From an uncultured Candidatus Saccharibacteria bacterium (GTDB lineage: Bacteria; Patescibacteriota; Minisyncoccia; Phycocordibacterales; UBA12088), in the NCBI GenBank assembly GCA_964531785.1, contig CAZHFF010000001.1, positions 293,997 to 357,996 of the forward strand: a DNA stretch of 64,000 nucleotides. The letters run 5' to 3'. Shown in pieces: positions 27,651 through 36,597 of the stretch (position 1 is the stretch's first letter; each line of letters starts with the position of its first letter). A model generated the notes under the pieces. The model was not told the DNA's origin. It was given only the letters and a program-made list of their open reading frames with translations, and did not search any database. The translations under genes and the position numbers were made by a program.

Positions 27651-28322
27651 ATGCATTTTCACATAATCAGCCTATTCCCTGAGGCGTTCGAAAGCTACCT
27701 CGGGGAGTCCATCATCAAACGAGCACTGGAGCGGAAGCAGATCCAGGTCTCGTTCTACAACCCGCGCGACTTCGCACGGCCGCGCAAGAGAACGCCCACC
27801 TACCAGGACGTGCGCGTCGACAAGCGACCGTACGGCGGAGGGCCAGGCATGGTGCTTCAGGCGGAGCCGGTTCTAAAGGCTGTGCAGAAAGCCCTAGGTC
27901 GGAAGGACCGGAAGAACATCAAGATCCTCTTTTTTCATGCGTCAGGTGTTCAGTTCGACACGCCGTACGCTGAGAAGGTCTCCAGGAAGTATACGCACGT
28001 CATTTTGATCTGTGGCAGGTATGAGGGTATCGACGCGCGGGTGCAAAAGATACTTCGCGCCGAGCCCGTCTCGATAGGCCCTTATACCCTAACCGGCGGT
28101 GAACTGCCCGCCATGGTCGTGCTCGACTGCATCACGCGGCGTGTACCGGGAGTCTTGGGGCAGGATGCATCCGTTGAAGAGCGCCGGGTCGCGGGGAAGG
28201 ATGTCTACACACGTCCTGAGGTCCTCGAATGGAAAGGGAAGAAGCACCGGGTGCCCAAGGTCCTCCTCTCCGGTAACCACGCGGCCATTGACGAGTGGCG
28301 CAGTAATGGTACAAACAAGTGA
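27651..28322 (+). CDS. trmD: tRNA (guanine37-N1)-methyltransferase
   Basis: SPOUT-knot blocks CGRYEGIDARV and LTGGELPAMV; 223 aa. Confidence 0.9.
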   Translation: MHFHIISLFPEAFESYLGESIIKRALERKQIQVSFYNPRDFARPRKRTPTYQDVRVDKRPYGGGPGMVLQAEPVLKAVQKALGRKDRKNIKILFFHASGVQFDTPYAEKVSRKYTHVILICGRYEGIDARVQKILRAEPVSIGPYTLTGGELPAMVVLDCITRRVPGVLGQDASVEERRVAGKDVYTRPEVLEWKGKKHRVPKVLLSGNHAAIDEWRSNGTNK

Positions 28323-28348
28323 GCTACTGCAAGTGGAGGGTGTTAGCA

Positions 28349-28801
28349 ATGGAATTGCTCGATATCAAAATCGGACAACTTGGTCCGCAGTCGTTTGTTG
28401 AGAATTGCCTGAACGTGATCTGTGAAAGGTTGCATCGAGCACTTGATTTTGTGCAAGGGACTTTAAACTGCCCGGTCTTGTGGCACATAGAGAGCGATAC
28501 CATTTGGCTCATAAGAGGTAAAATGGCGGCTTTAGTCATCAACCGTTCGACGGGCGAGTTCTTGGTCTTTGAGACGAACGATTGCAGCTACGTCAATCCA
28601 CATGAGGTTCAGCTCGGCGATGACCGTGGTATTACGGTCCAAGAGCTGATCGATGCAGTCCCCGAACTCACGTTGCGCGAGATCGTCGCCGGCATCGTGG
28701 AGATCGAAAGGATGCTACAGGAGTATGCGACCGCTTTTATTGAACTGGAGCTGCGGTTACGCAAAGAGCAGTGGTTGGCAATTGCCACCAAGACGAATTG
28801 A
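28349..28801 (+). CDS. hypothetical protein, tandem paralog copy 1
   Basis: A 150-aa ORF with SD GGAGGG (28335-28340) 8 nt upstream of the ATG and a hairpin at 28811-28832. It is homologous to the split ORF pair at 28927-29380. No recognisable domain. Confidence 0.6.
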   Translation: MELLDIKIGQLGPQSFVENCLNVICERLHRALDFVQGTLNCPVLWHIESDTIWLIRGKMAALVINRSTGEFLVFETNDCSYVNPHEVQLGDDRGITVQELIDAVPELTLREIVAGIVEIERMLQEYATAFIELELRLRKEQWLAIATKTN

Positions 28802-28810
28802 GCGCTGTTG

Positions 28811-28832
28811 AGCGGCACCCCTAGGTGCCGCT
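28811..28832 (+). terminator. hairpin after paralog copy 1
   Basis: agcggcacc-ccta-ggtgccgct, a 9-bp stem 10 nt after the stop. Confidence 0.45.
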
Positions 28833-28926
28833 TATCCCTAGCGGCTCTCAAGTAACGCTGCGGCCGTTGACATGAAACGGCAGCTCTAGTACAAAAGCCG
28901 CCAGGATCAGTGTAGGAGCGTAAGAC

Positions 28927-29380
28927 ATGAGCCTGTTGGACACGCAATTCCATTTCGTGCCGAACCGTGCTCCGGCGATGGAGCTCGTTGACGGTGTGCT
29001 TGATCGCTTCATCCAGGCATTGCGCGTCGCGTTTCAGTACGCGCGGTGTGACGGGTACTTTGTCGGATGCACCCAAGATGATGTCGTTTTGGGAACGAGC
29101 GACCTATGCTGCATCGGCATACGACGCTCGACTTCGGAACTTGTCGTACTTGCACGGACCGGGAAAAAAGAGCGCGGTCGTTTGGGACACCATTCCGTTC
29201 GACCTGGACGATACTGACGAAGATGACCTGTTCGAGGCACTCCCGAAGGTGACGTTGCGCATGGTAATGCATGCTACGCTCGTGCTCGAGAACCTCACGG
29301 CAGCCTTCGAGCGCAGGCTCGAGGCTTTGTACAAGCAGATCGAACAGGATTCCTGGGAGGACATCATCAACCCGAAATAG
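28927..29380 (+). pseudogene. tandem paralog copy 2, reading frame split (+1) at an A6 run
   Basis: Track ORFs 28927-29217 and 28967-29380 align to the N- and C-terminal parts of copy 1, respectively. The frames meet at GGGAAAAAAG (A6 at 29164-29169), and removing one A restores a continuous protein of about 150 aa. SD AGGAG lies at 28914-28918. Confidence 0.55.
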
Positions 29381-29387
29381 GTCCACA

Positions 29388-29409
29388 GAACGGCGCGGAA
29401 GCGCCGTTC
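29388..29409 (+). terminator. hairpin after paralog copy 2
   Basis: gaacggcgc-ggaa-gcgccgttc, a 9-bp stem 8 nt after the stop. Confidence 0.45.
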
Positions 29410-29451
29410 ACTAGTTATCCACAGAATCGAGCGGCGGGCACTTGACGGGAC

Positions 29452-29479
29452 TTGACATTTCCCCAGTCTTGACTATACT
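29452..29479 (+). promoter_or_regulatory. rpoB promoter TTGACA-16-TATACT
   Basis: Near-consensus sigma70 hexamers about 195 nt upstream of the rpoB ATG. Three CTTGAC copies lie at 29441, 29451 and 29468. Confidence 0.6.
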
Positions 29480-29596
29480 GTGAACATCTATCTCTCGAGT
29501 GCTTGAGTTGTGGATGTGAGGAAGATCCTAGCAGCCTTTACCAGGTAATGATCCACAGATAGTGTCGCTAGAATCATAACGAGGCGCGAACCGTGG

Positions 29597-29628
29597 CCCT
29601 TCTCGTACGAGGGTGCTTTTTGTGTTTG
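29597..29628 (+). promoter_or_regulatory. possible attenuator in the rpoB leader
   Basis: A weak 5-bp stem (ccctt/gaggg) is followed by tgcTTTTTgtgtttg. The TTTGTGTTTGA string is identical to the 3' arm of the 27447 terminator. Confidence 0.3.
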
Positions 29629-29673
29629 ATAGGAGCTTTTACCAGACTTACCAGAGACCCATAACGCATCACT

Positions 29674-32600
29674 ATGTCAGCAAACGCCTCTCAAGCCCTC
29701 CCGCAGAAGACGTTCAAGCGTTTTTCCGAAGCCCGTATCGGCCTGCCGAACCTGGTGGAACCTCAGCTGGATTCGTTCCGTTGGCTGCTCGATCAGGCGG
29801 TCAAAGAGGTGTTCAAGGAGTTTTCGCCGATCCGAGACTATGGCGAAAAGAAGTTCGACCTCCATTTCATATCCTATGAGTTCGGCAAACCGCAGTTCGA
29901 CGAGTACTATGCCAAAGAGAACATGCGCACCTGGGACGCTCCGCTCAAGGCCAAGGTTCGGCTGAAGAACAAGACGCTTGGAACTGAGAACGAGCAGGAG
30001 ATCTTCCTCGCGGACTTTCCGATGATGACGGACCACGGGACGTTCATCATCAATGGCGTCGAGCGCGTGGTGGTGCCGCAGCTCGCGCGAAGCTCGGGGG
30101 TCTTTTTCACCAGTCAGACCTTGAAGGGCCGCACGCACTTTGGTGCGAAGATCATACCCGGCCGTGGCGCGTGGATCGAGATCGAGAGCGAAGCGGACAA
30201 CGCTATCTATGTGAGGATCGACCGTAAGCGCAAGTTCCCGATCACGTCGCTCTTGCGCATACTCGGGGTCGCTGAAGACGAGGCCATTCGCAACCTCTTT
30301 GCGAAGGTCGAGCATGCGGAAGACTGGATCAACACGACCCTTGCGAAGGATGCTGCAAAGACCCCGGAAGACGCCTATATCGAGATCTACAAGCGATTGC
30401 GAGACGGCGATATTGCCACGCCTGACAATGCGCGGGAGTTCGTGAAGACAGTCCTTGGCGAGGAACGGTATGACCTCTCCGAGGTGGGCCGGCACCGCTT
30501 CAACCATCGGTTCGGTAAACCGCTCGATGAAGCCGAAATGCTACGCAGGACAGTTGGGCTTGACGATGTGGTTACGATCGTATCGCACATCATTCACCTC
30601 AATCATAAGCCGGGCGCACTGCCGGACGACATCGACCACCTGGGTTTCCGTCGCGTTCGTTTCTTCGGTGAAATGATGCAGCAGAAGATCCGTATCGGTG
30701 TCTCGCGCATGAAGCGGAATATCCAGGACCGCATGTCGACCATCGAGCCGGAAACGAGTTCGCCGGTAAGCTTCATCAATCCTCGCCCGCTCCAGGCCGC
30801 TATCAAGGAATTCTTCACCACGAACCAGCTTTCGCAGTTCATGCAGCAGCAGAACATGCTCACTGAGCTCGAGCACCTGCGTACGCTTTCTGCGCTTGGG
30901 CCGGGTGGTCTCACCCGTGAGCGCGCCGGCTTTGAGGTGCGTGACGTACACCCGAGCCACTATGGCCGTGTCTGCCCCATCCACACGCCCGAAGGTCCGA
31001 ACATCGGTTTGATCCTCCACCTCTCGAACTTCAGCATGATCGACAAGTTCGGCTTTATACAAACGCCGTACGTAAAGGTTAAGGACGGTGTCGCGACGAG
31101 CGAGGTCGTCTACCTTAATGCGCTCGAAGAAGAGGGTGCATACATCGCGCACGCAGCGACCAAGCTCAACGAGAAACGACAGATCGTCGAGGAACAGATC
31201 GAGGTCCGCCACCATGGCGAGCCACGTATGGTCAAGCGTGAACGTGTCGATTACATGGATGTGTCGACGCTGCAGCCGTTCTCGGTCGCTACCAGCATGA
31301 TCCCGTTCCTGGAGAACGATGACGCGAACCGCGCGCTCATGGGTAGCAACATGCAGAAGCAGGCGACGCCGTGCCTCATTCCCGAGGCACCGCTGGTCGG
31401 TACCGGTATCGAAGCGCGTGCTGCGCTCGACACAGGGCGCCTCGTCCTTGCTAAGGAGGACGGCACGGTCACTTCGGTCGACGCACGGCATGTGAGTATT
31501 ACGAACGGCAAAGGGAAGGAGACCAAGCACGTGCTCATCCAGTTCTCGCGCACCAATGACATGAGCTGTTTCTATCAGCGACCGGTCGTCAAGCTCGGCC
31601 AGAAGGTGAAGGCGGGCGATCTGCTCGCGGATACGAGCTCGACCGTGGAAGGACAGCTGGCGCTCGGCCAGAACGCGCTCGTGGCGTTTATGCCGTGGAG
31701 CGGTGCGAACTACGAAGACGCCATAATTCTTTCAGAGCGACTGGTCAAGAACGCAAAGTTCACCTCGATCCACATGGAGCAGTTCGAGTGCGTCGTGCGC
31801 GACACGAAGCTCGGTGCGGAGGTGACCACGCACGACATACCGAACGTCGGTGAAGGCAAGCTCAAGAACCTCGACGAAGAGGGCGTGGTCCGTATCGGTG
31901 CCGAAGTGCATTCGGGAGACATCCTGGTCGGTAAGGTAACACCAAAGGGCGAGACCCAGCTCACGCCCGAGGAACGTCTGCTCCGCTCGATCTTCGGTGA
32001 AAAAGCAAAGGACGTTAAGGACACGAGCCTGAGGCTCGAGGGCGGTAAGCGCGGTCGGATCGTCGGGGTCAAGGTGTTCTCGCGCGAGAACGGCGACCAG
32101 CTTGAGTCGGGGATCATCAAGAAGATCCAGGTCACGGTCGCCCAGCTCAGGAACGTGTCGGTGGGTGACAAGCTCGCGGGTCGTCACGGCAACAAGGGCG
32201 TTATCAGCCGCATTTTACCCGAGCAGGACATGCCGTACCTTCCTGACGGAACGCCGGTAGATGTGATCCTCACACCGCTCGGTGTGCCGAGCCGTATGAA
32301 CCTAGGCCAGATCCTTGAGCTTCACCTTGGGCTTGCGGCACACACCCTCGGGTATCAGGCGATCTGCCCACCGTTCTCTGGCGCGACCGAAGAGGAGATC
32401 AAGGAAGAACTGGTCAAAGCCGGCTATCCCGAGGATGGCAAGGTCGAACTGTATGACGGACGCACGGGTGAGCTGTTCGATCAAAAGGTCGCGATCGGCT
32501 ACATGTACATCATGAAGCTGCACCACATGGTCGAGGACAAGATCCACATGCGTTCTATCGGCCCTTACTCGCTCATTACCCAGCAGCCGCTCGGCGGGAA

Positions 32601-32859
32601 GGCGCAGAACGGAGGACAGCGATTCGGAGAAATGGAGGTCTGGGCGCTCTTGGGATACGGGGCCGCATACACGCTCCGCGAGATGCTCACCGTGAAGTCC
32701 GACGACATTCAGGGCAGAAGCGCCGCGTTCGACGCTATCGTGAAGGGTGGTACCATCGGGCACCAGCATACGCCTGCTGCGTTCAACGTCCTCTTGCATC
32801 ATCTGCGCGGACTCGCGCTTGATGTGAAGCTTACTCGCAAGGATGACCTTACCCGCTAA
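29674..32859 (+). CDS. rpoB: DNA-directed RNA polymerase beta subunit
   Basis: A 1061-aa ORF with FMQQQNMLTELEHLR, GRHGNKGVISRI, SRMNLGQILE and GGQRFGEMEVWAL blocks. Confidence 0.95.
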   Translation: MSANASQALPQKTFKRFSEARIGLPNLVEPQLDSFRWLLDQAVKEVFKEFSPIRDYGEKKFDLHFISYEFGKPQFDEYYAKENMRTWDAPLKAKVRLKNKTLGTENEQEIFLADFPMMTDHGTFIINGVERVVVPQLARSSGVFFTSQTLKGRTHFGAKIIPGRGAWIEIESEADNAIYVRIDRKRKFPITSLLRILGVAEDEAIRNLFAKVEHAEDWINTTLAKDAAKTPEDAYIEIYKRLRDGDIATPDNAREFVKTVLGEERYDLSEVGRHRFNHRFGKPLDEAEMLRRTVGLDDVVTIVSHIIHLNHKPGALPDDIDHLGFRRVRFFGEMMQQKIRIGVSRMKRNIQDRMSTIEPETSSPVSFINPRPLQAAIKEFFTTNQLSQFMQQQNMLTELEHLRTLSALGPGGLTRERAGFEVRDVHPSHYGRVCPIHTPEGPNIGLILHLSNFSMIDKFGFIQTPYVKVKDGVATSEVVYLNALEEEGAYIAHAATKLNEKRQIVEEQIEVRHHGEPRMVKRERVDYMDVSTLQPFSVATSMIPFLENDDANRALMGSNMQKQATPCLIPEAPLVGTGIEARAALDTGRLVLAKEDGTVTSVDARHVSITNGKGKETKHVLIQFSRTNDMSCFYQRPVVKLGQKVKAGDLLADTSSTVEGQLALGQNALVAFMPWSGANYEDAIILSERLVKNAKFTSIHMEQFECVVRDTKLGAEVTTHDIPNVGEGKLKNLDEEGVVRIGAEVHSGDILVGKVTPKGETQLTPEERLLRSIFGEKAKDVKDTSLRLEGGKRGRIVGVKVFSRENGDQLESGIIKKIQVTVAQLRNVSVGDKLAGRHGNKGVISRILPEQDMPYLPDGTPVDVILTPLGVPSRMNLGQILELHLGLAAHTLGYQAICPPFSGATEEEIKEELVKAGYPEDGKVELYDGRTGELFDQKVAIGYMYIMKLHHMVEDKIHMRSIGPYSLITQQPLGGKAQNGGQRFGEMEVWALLGYGAAYTLREMLTVKSDDIQGRSAAFDAIVKGGTIGHQHTPAAFNVLLHHLRGLALDVKLTRKDDLTR

Positions 32860-32876
32860 TCGCTCGCATAACTACC

Positions 32877-35800
32877 ATGGCACAAAAACAACTGTCAGAT
32901 ATCAATGACTTCGATGCGATCTCGATACAGCTTGCGAGCCCGGACCGTATCCGCGAATGGTCGTGGGGCGAGGTCACCAAGCCCGAGACGATCAACTACC
33001 GTACCCAGCGAGCAGAGAAGAATGGTCTCTTCGACGAAAAGATCTTCGGACCGACGCGCGACTACGAGTGTTTCTGCGGTAAGTACAAAGGCATACGGTA
33101 CAAGGGTATCATCTGCGACCGGTGCGGTGTTGAACTGACACGCAACGTAGTGCGACGCGAGCGAGGTGCGCACATCGAGCTTGCGAGCCCTGTTTCGCAT
33201 ATCTGGCTCCTCCGCAGCATTCCAAGCAGGATAGCTACGCTCCTTGGACTTTCTTCGGCCGAGGTAGAAAAGGTCATCTACTTTGCGGGATACATCATCA
33301 TGAAGGTCAATGCCGATGAACAGCAGCGTATCCTGCGCGACATCGACGCAGAGTATAAGACCAAGAGCAAGTCGGCGGCGACCGACACGGAGCGTAAGCG
33401 GCTCAAGGACCTGCTTGCCACCGCCAAGGCGGAGGTCGAAGGGCTGTCCGTCGGTCAGATCATCGATGAGGCGACGTACCACCGATACTCTGTCCGCTAC
33501 GGAACCGCGTTCGAGGCATCGATCGGTGCGGAGGCAATTTATGAGCTCTTCCGCAGGATGGACCTGCCGGTGCTCCGTGAGGAGCTCATCGCACGGCGTG
33601 ATAAAGCAAGCTCGGTCGAGAAGGCCAAGCTAAACCGACGCCTTGCCGTGGTCCAAAATCTCATCAAGTCAAAGTCACGCCCTGAGTGGATGTTCCTGAC
33701 CGTACTCCCGGTCACACCTCCCTCGCTTCGGCCCATGGTCGCGCTCGAAGGTGGCAGGCACGCAAGCTCCGACCTCAACGACCTGTACCGTCGCGTCATC
33801 AACCGTAACAACCGCTTGCGTAAGCTCATGGACATCAAAGCGCCGGAGGTCATTCTTCGTAATGAAAAGCGCATCCTCCAGGAGGCCGTTGATGCACTGA
33901 TCGATAATTCGATCCGCCACGGCAGCAACCAGGGAGGAGCGATGAGCGCTGCGCAACGGCGCCCGCTCAAGTCACTTTCCGATTATCTTAAGGGTAAGCA
34001 GGGGTACTTCCGCCAGAACCTTCTCGGAAAGCGCGTCGATTACTCGGGCCGTAGCGTTATCGTGGTCGGTCCTGAGCTCGCACTCGACCAGTGCGGGCTT
34101 CCCAAGCACATGGCCCTTGAGCTGTTCCGTCCATTCATCATTGCCAAGCTCCTCGAACGAGAGCTTGCGTACAACATCCGCGGAGCAGGCAGGCTCATCG
34201 AAGAGGCGATACCTGAGGTTTGGGCGATCCTTGAAGAGGTCACTAAAGACAAGTACGTGCTCTTGAACCGCGCACCGACGTTGCATCGTCTCGGTATCCA
34301 AGCCTTTCGGCCGGTGTTGATCGAGGGTAACGCGATACACATCCACCCGCTCGTCTGTCCCGCCTTCAATGCAGACTTCGACGGCGACCAGATGGCCGTA
34401 CATGTACCGCTGTCACGTGAGGCACAAATGGAAGCGCGTGAGATCATGAGCGCGCGCGGGAATATTCTGAAGCCAGGCAATGGTTCGCCGGTCGTCGCCA
34501 TGACCCAAGACATCGTGCTCGGCTGCTACTGGATGACCAAGATGGTGGCCGGAACCAAAGGGGAAGGCAAGTACTTTGCTTCACCGAACGAGGCGATCAG
34601 CGCGTACGACTACGGTGTTGTCGGTTTTCGCGCAAAGGTCAAGGTGCTCGGTACGGACAGTCCCAAGTATGCACGCTTCGGCAACACGGTTTTCGAAACG
34701 ACCGTCGGCCGGCTGCTCTTCAACTCGGTCTTGCCCAAGGACTACCCGTACATCAACGACGAGATGAAGAAGAGCGCGCTGGTGAAGCTCATCAACGATC
34801 TTATCGACCACTACTCGCTTGAGCGTATTCCGGAGATCGTTGACCGTATCAAGAACTTCGGCTTTCAGTACGCGACCCGCTCAGGGGTGACCTGGTCGCT
34901 CGACGACCTGCAGACACCGCCTGAAAAGGCAGGCATCATTGCTGCAGCCAAGGCACGCGTAGCGCTCATTCACAAGCAGTACGATGAAGGACTGCTTACC
35001 TATGAGGAACGCAAGCGGCTTGTGATCGAGCTCTGGCACAAGGCTAAGAGCGATATCGAGGCGGCCATACCGGCCATGATCGACCCGCAGGGGCCGGTGC
35101 ACGACCTGGTCATTTCAGGAGCACGCGGCTCGATGGGTCAGTTGACGCAGATGGCGGGTATGAAGGGACTCATCCAGAACACTGCGCGCGAGACGATCGA
35201 GTTCCCGATCATCGCATCCTACAAAGAGGGGCTCACGCCGATCGAGTACTTCACCACGACACACGGTTCGCGCTCCGGTCTTGCTGATACCGCGCTCAAC
35301 ACGGCTCGTGCCGGATATCTCACCCGTAAGCTGTTCGATGTGGCGCAAGACGCGATCATTACGGACGTAGACTGTGGCACGAAAGAGGGGATCGAGATGG
35401 GTCGCATCAGTGCGCTCGGTCTCCCGATAGAGCTTGCGGCAAGCATTCGCGGTCGGTACCTCGCACGCGACGTGGTCGACAATAGTGGCAAGGAGCTCTT
35501 TAAGAAGGGTCACTTCCTCACGATAGCGGACGCCAAGACGATCGAAGCGAGCGACCTCTCATCGGTATGGGTAAGGTCACCGATGACCTGCAAGCTTCAC
35601 TACGGTATCTGTGTGCACTGTTACGGTGCAGACGTCACCAAATGGGAACCGGTCGATGTCGGTGAGGCGGTCGGAACGGTCGCCGCACAGGCTATCGGCG
35701 AGCCCGGCACGCAGCTCACCATGAACACGAAGCATGTCGGAGGAGCCGCTGCGTCAGGAGGCGACGTGGTGCAGGGTCTACCCCGTGTCGAGGAGGTGTT

Positions 35801-36584
35801 CGAGCGTCGGGAACCTAAGAACCCCGCGATACTCGCCACGGTCTCGGGTATCATTTCTGAGATCCGTGATGAGGGCAGGGAAAAGGTCGTTGTCGTGCTC
35901 CCGAACGAAGGTGAGGTGAAAAAGAAGGAAAAAGCCGTCGCGTACTCGGTCTACTACCCGCGCATCGTCTCGGTCACGGTGGGTCAGAAGATAGAGAAGG
36001 GCGATTTCATCACGGACGGATCAGCGAACCTCGCCGAGCTCTTCAAGTATGCCGGTCGTGAGAAGACCCAAGAGTACATCATTTCACAGACGAGCAAGAT
36101 CTACGAACTACAAGGCGTGACCATCAGCAGGAAGCACATGGAGGTGATCATCCGACAGATGTTTTCTCGCCGCAAGATCAAAGCCGCAGGAGACACCGAC
36201 CTCTCGGTGGGTGAGGTCGTGGAGGAGTGGGAGCTCGACGAAGCGAACCGCATCGTTGCCGAAAAGGACGGCGAACCAGCGGTCGGTGAGACGCACCTCC
36301 TGGGTATCATGGAAGTGTCCCTTACCCGAAAGAGCTGGCTCTCAGCGTCCAGCTTCCAGAACACCACAAGGATCCTCATCAACAGCGCAGTGCGCGGCGC
36401 GACTGACCCCCTGCGTGGCCTCAAAGAGAACGTCATCATCGGTCGTCTTATCCCCGCAGGTACAGGGTACCGTGGCTCGAAGAAGCATACGCGTATCGAA
36501 GAGCTGCAGGCTGATAATCGCCGAAGGTACGAGGAGGCGCTCGCGCGCAGTGAGCGTGCAGAAAACGAAGCTGTTGCTGAATAA
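32877..36584 (+). CDS. rpoC: DNA-directed RNA polymerase beta' subunit
   Basis: N-terminal zinc motif CFCGKYKG...CDRCG and catalytic NADFDGDQMAVH, with collinear trigger-loop and C-terminal regions. Confidence 0.95.
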   Translation: MAQKQLSDINDFDAISIQLASPDRIREWSWGEVTKPETINYRTQRAEKNGLFDEKIFGPTRDYECFCGKYKGIRYKGIICDRCGVELTRNVVRRERGAHIELASPVSHIWLLRSIPSRIATLLGLSSAEVEKVIYFAGYIIMKVNADEQQRILRDIDAEYKTKSKSAATDTERKRLKDLLATAKAEVEGLSVGQIIDEATYHRYSVRYGTAFEASIGAEAIYELFRRMDLPVLREELIARRDKASSVEKAKLNRRLAVVQNLIKSKSRPEWMFLTVLPVTPPSLRPMVALEGGRHASSDLNDLYRRVINRNNRLRKLMDIKAPEVILRNEKRILQEAVDALIDNSIRHGSNQGGAMSAAQRRPLKSLSDYLKGKQGYFRQNLLGKRVDYSGRSVIVVGPELALDQCGLPKHMALELFRPFIIAKLLERELAYNIRGAGRLIEEAIPEVWAILEEVTKDKYVLLNRAPTLHRLGIQAFRPVLIEGNAIHIHPLVCPAFNADFDGDQMAVHVPLSREAQMEAREIMSARGNILKPGNGSPVVAMTQDIVLGCYWMTKMVAGTKGEGKYFASPNEAISAYDYGVVGFRAKVKVLGTDSPKYARFGNTVFETTVGRLLFNSVLPKDYPYINDEMKKSALVKLINDLIDHYSLERIPEIVDRIKNFGFQYATRSGVTWSLDDLQTPPEKAGIIAAAKARVALIHKQYDEGLLTYEERKRLVIELWHKAKSDIEAAIPAMIDPQGPVHDLVISGARGSMGQLTQMAGMKGLIQNTARETIEFPIIASYKEGLTPIEYFTTTHGSRSGLADTALNTARAGYLTRKLFDVAQDAIITDVDCGTKEGIEMGRISALGLPIELAASIRGRYLARDVVDNSGKELFKKGHFLTIADAKTIEASDLSSVWVRSPMTCKLHYGICVHCYGADVTKWEPVDVGEAVGTVAAQAIGEPGTQLTMNTKHVGGAAASGGDVVQGLPRVEEVFERREPKNPAILATVSGIISEIRDEGREKVVVVLPNEGEVKKKEKAVAYSVYYPRIVSVTVGQKIEKGDFITDGSANLAELFKYAGREKTQEYIISQTSKIYELQGVTISRKHMEVIIRQMFSRRKIKAAGDTDLSVGEVVEEWELDEANRIVAEKDGEPAVGETHLLGIMEVSLTRKSWLSASSFQNTTRILINSAVRGATDPLRGLKENVIIGRLIPAGTGYRGSKKHTRIEELQADNRRRYEEALARSERAENEAVAE

Positions 36585-36597
36585 AAAAGGCTGCGTG

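Larger units (their letters stand above)
29382..29559 (+). repeat. three direct TCCACAGA copies (one inside a perfect TTATCCACA DnaA box) plus one inverted TGTGGA
   Basis: gTCCACAGAa at 29382-29389, TTATCCACAGAa at 29415-29425, TGATCCACAGAt at 29549-29559, and inverted TGTGGA at 29509-29514. Confidence 0.6.

Noticed and set aside
29161-29170. GGGAAAAAAG in paralog copy 2 as a dnaX-like programmed -1 frameshift site (A AAA AAG).
   Set aside because: The downstream homologous frame is +1, not -1, relative to the upstream frame, and no stimulatory structure is evident. A one-base homopolymer indel is the simpler explanation, whether a real pseudogene or phase variant or an assembly error.
29382-29559. 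The DnaA-box cluster upstream of rpoB as the chromosomal origin (oriC).
   Set aside because: There are only one perfect and one near-perfect box. No marked AT-rich unwinding element is present, no dnaA/dnaN lies nearby, and a strong promoter reads through the region. A regulatory site is the more conservative reading.
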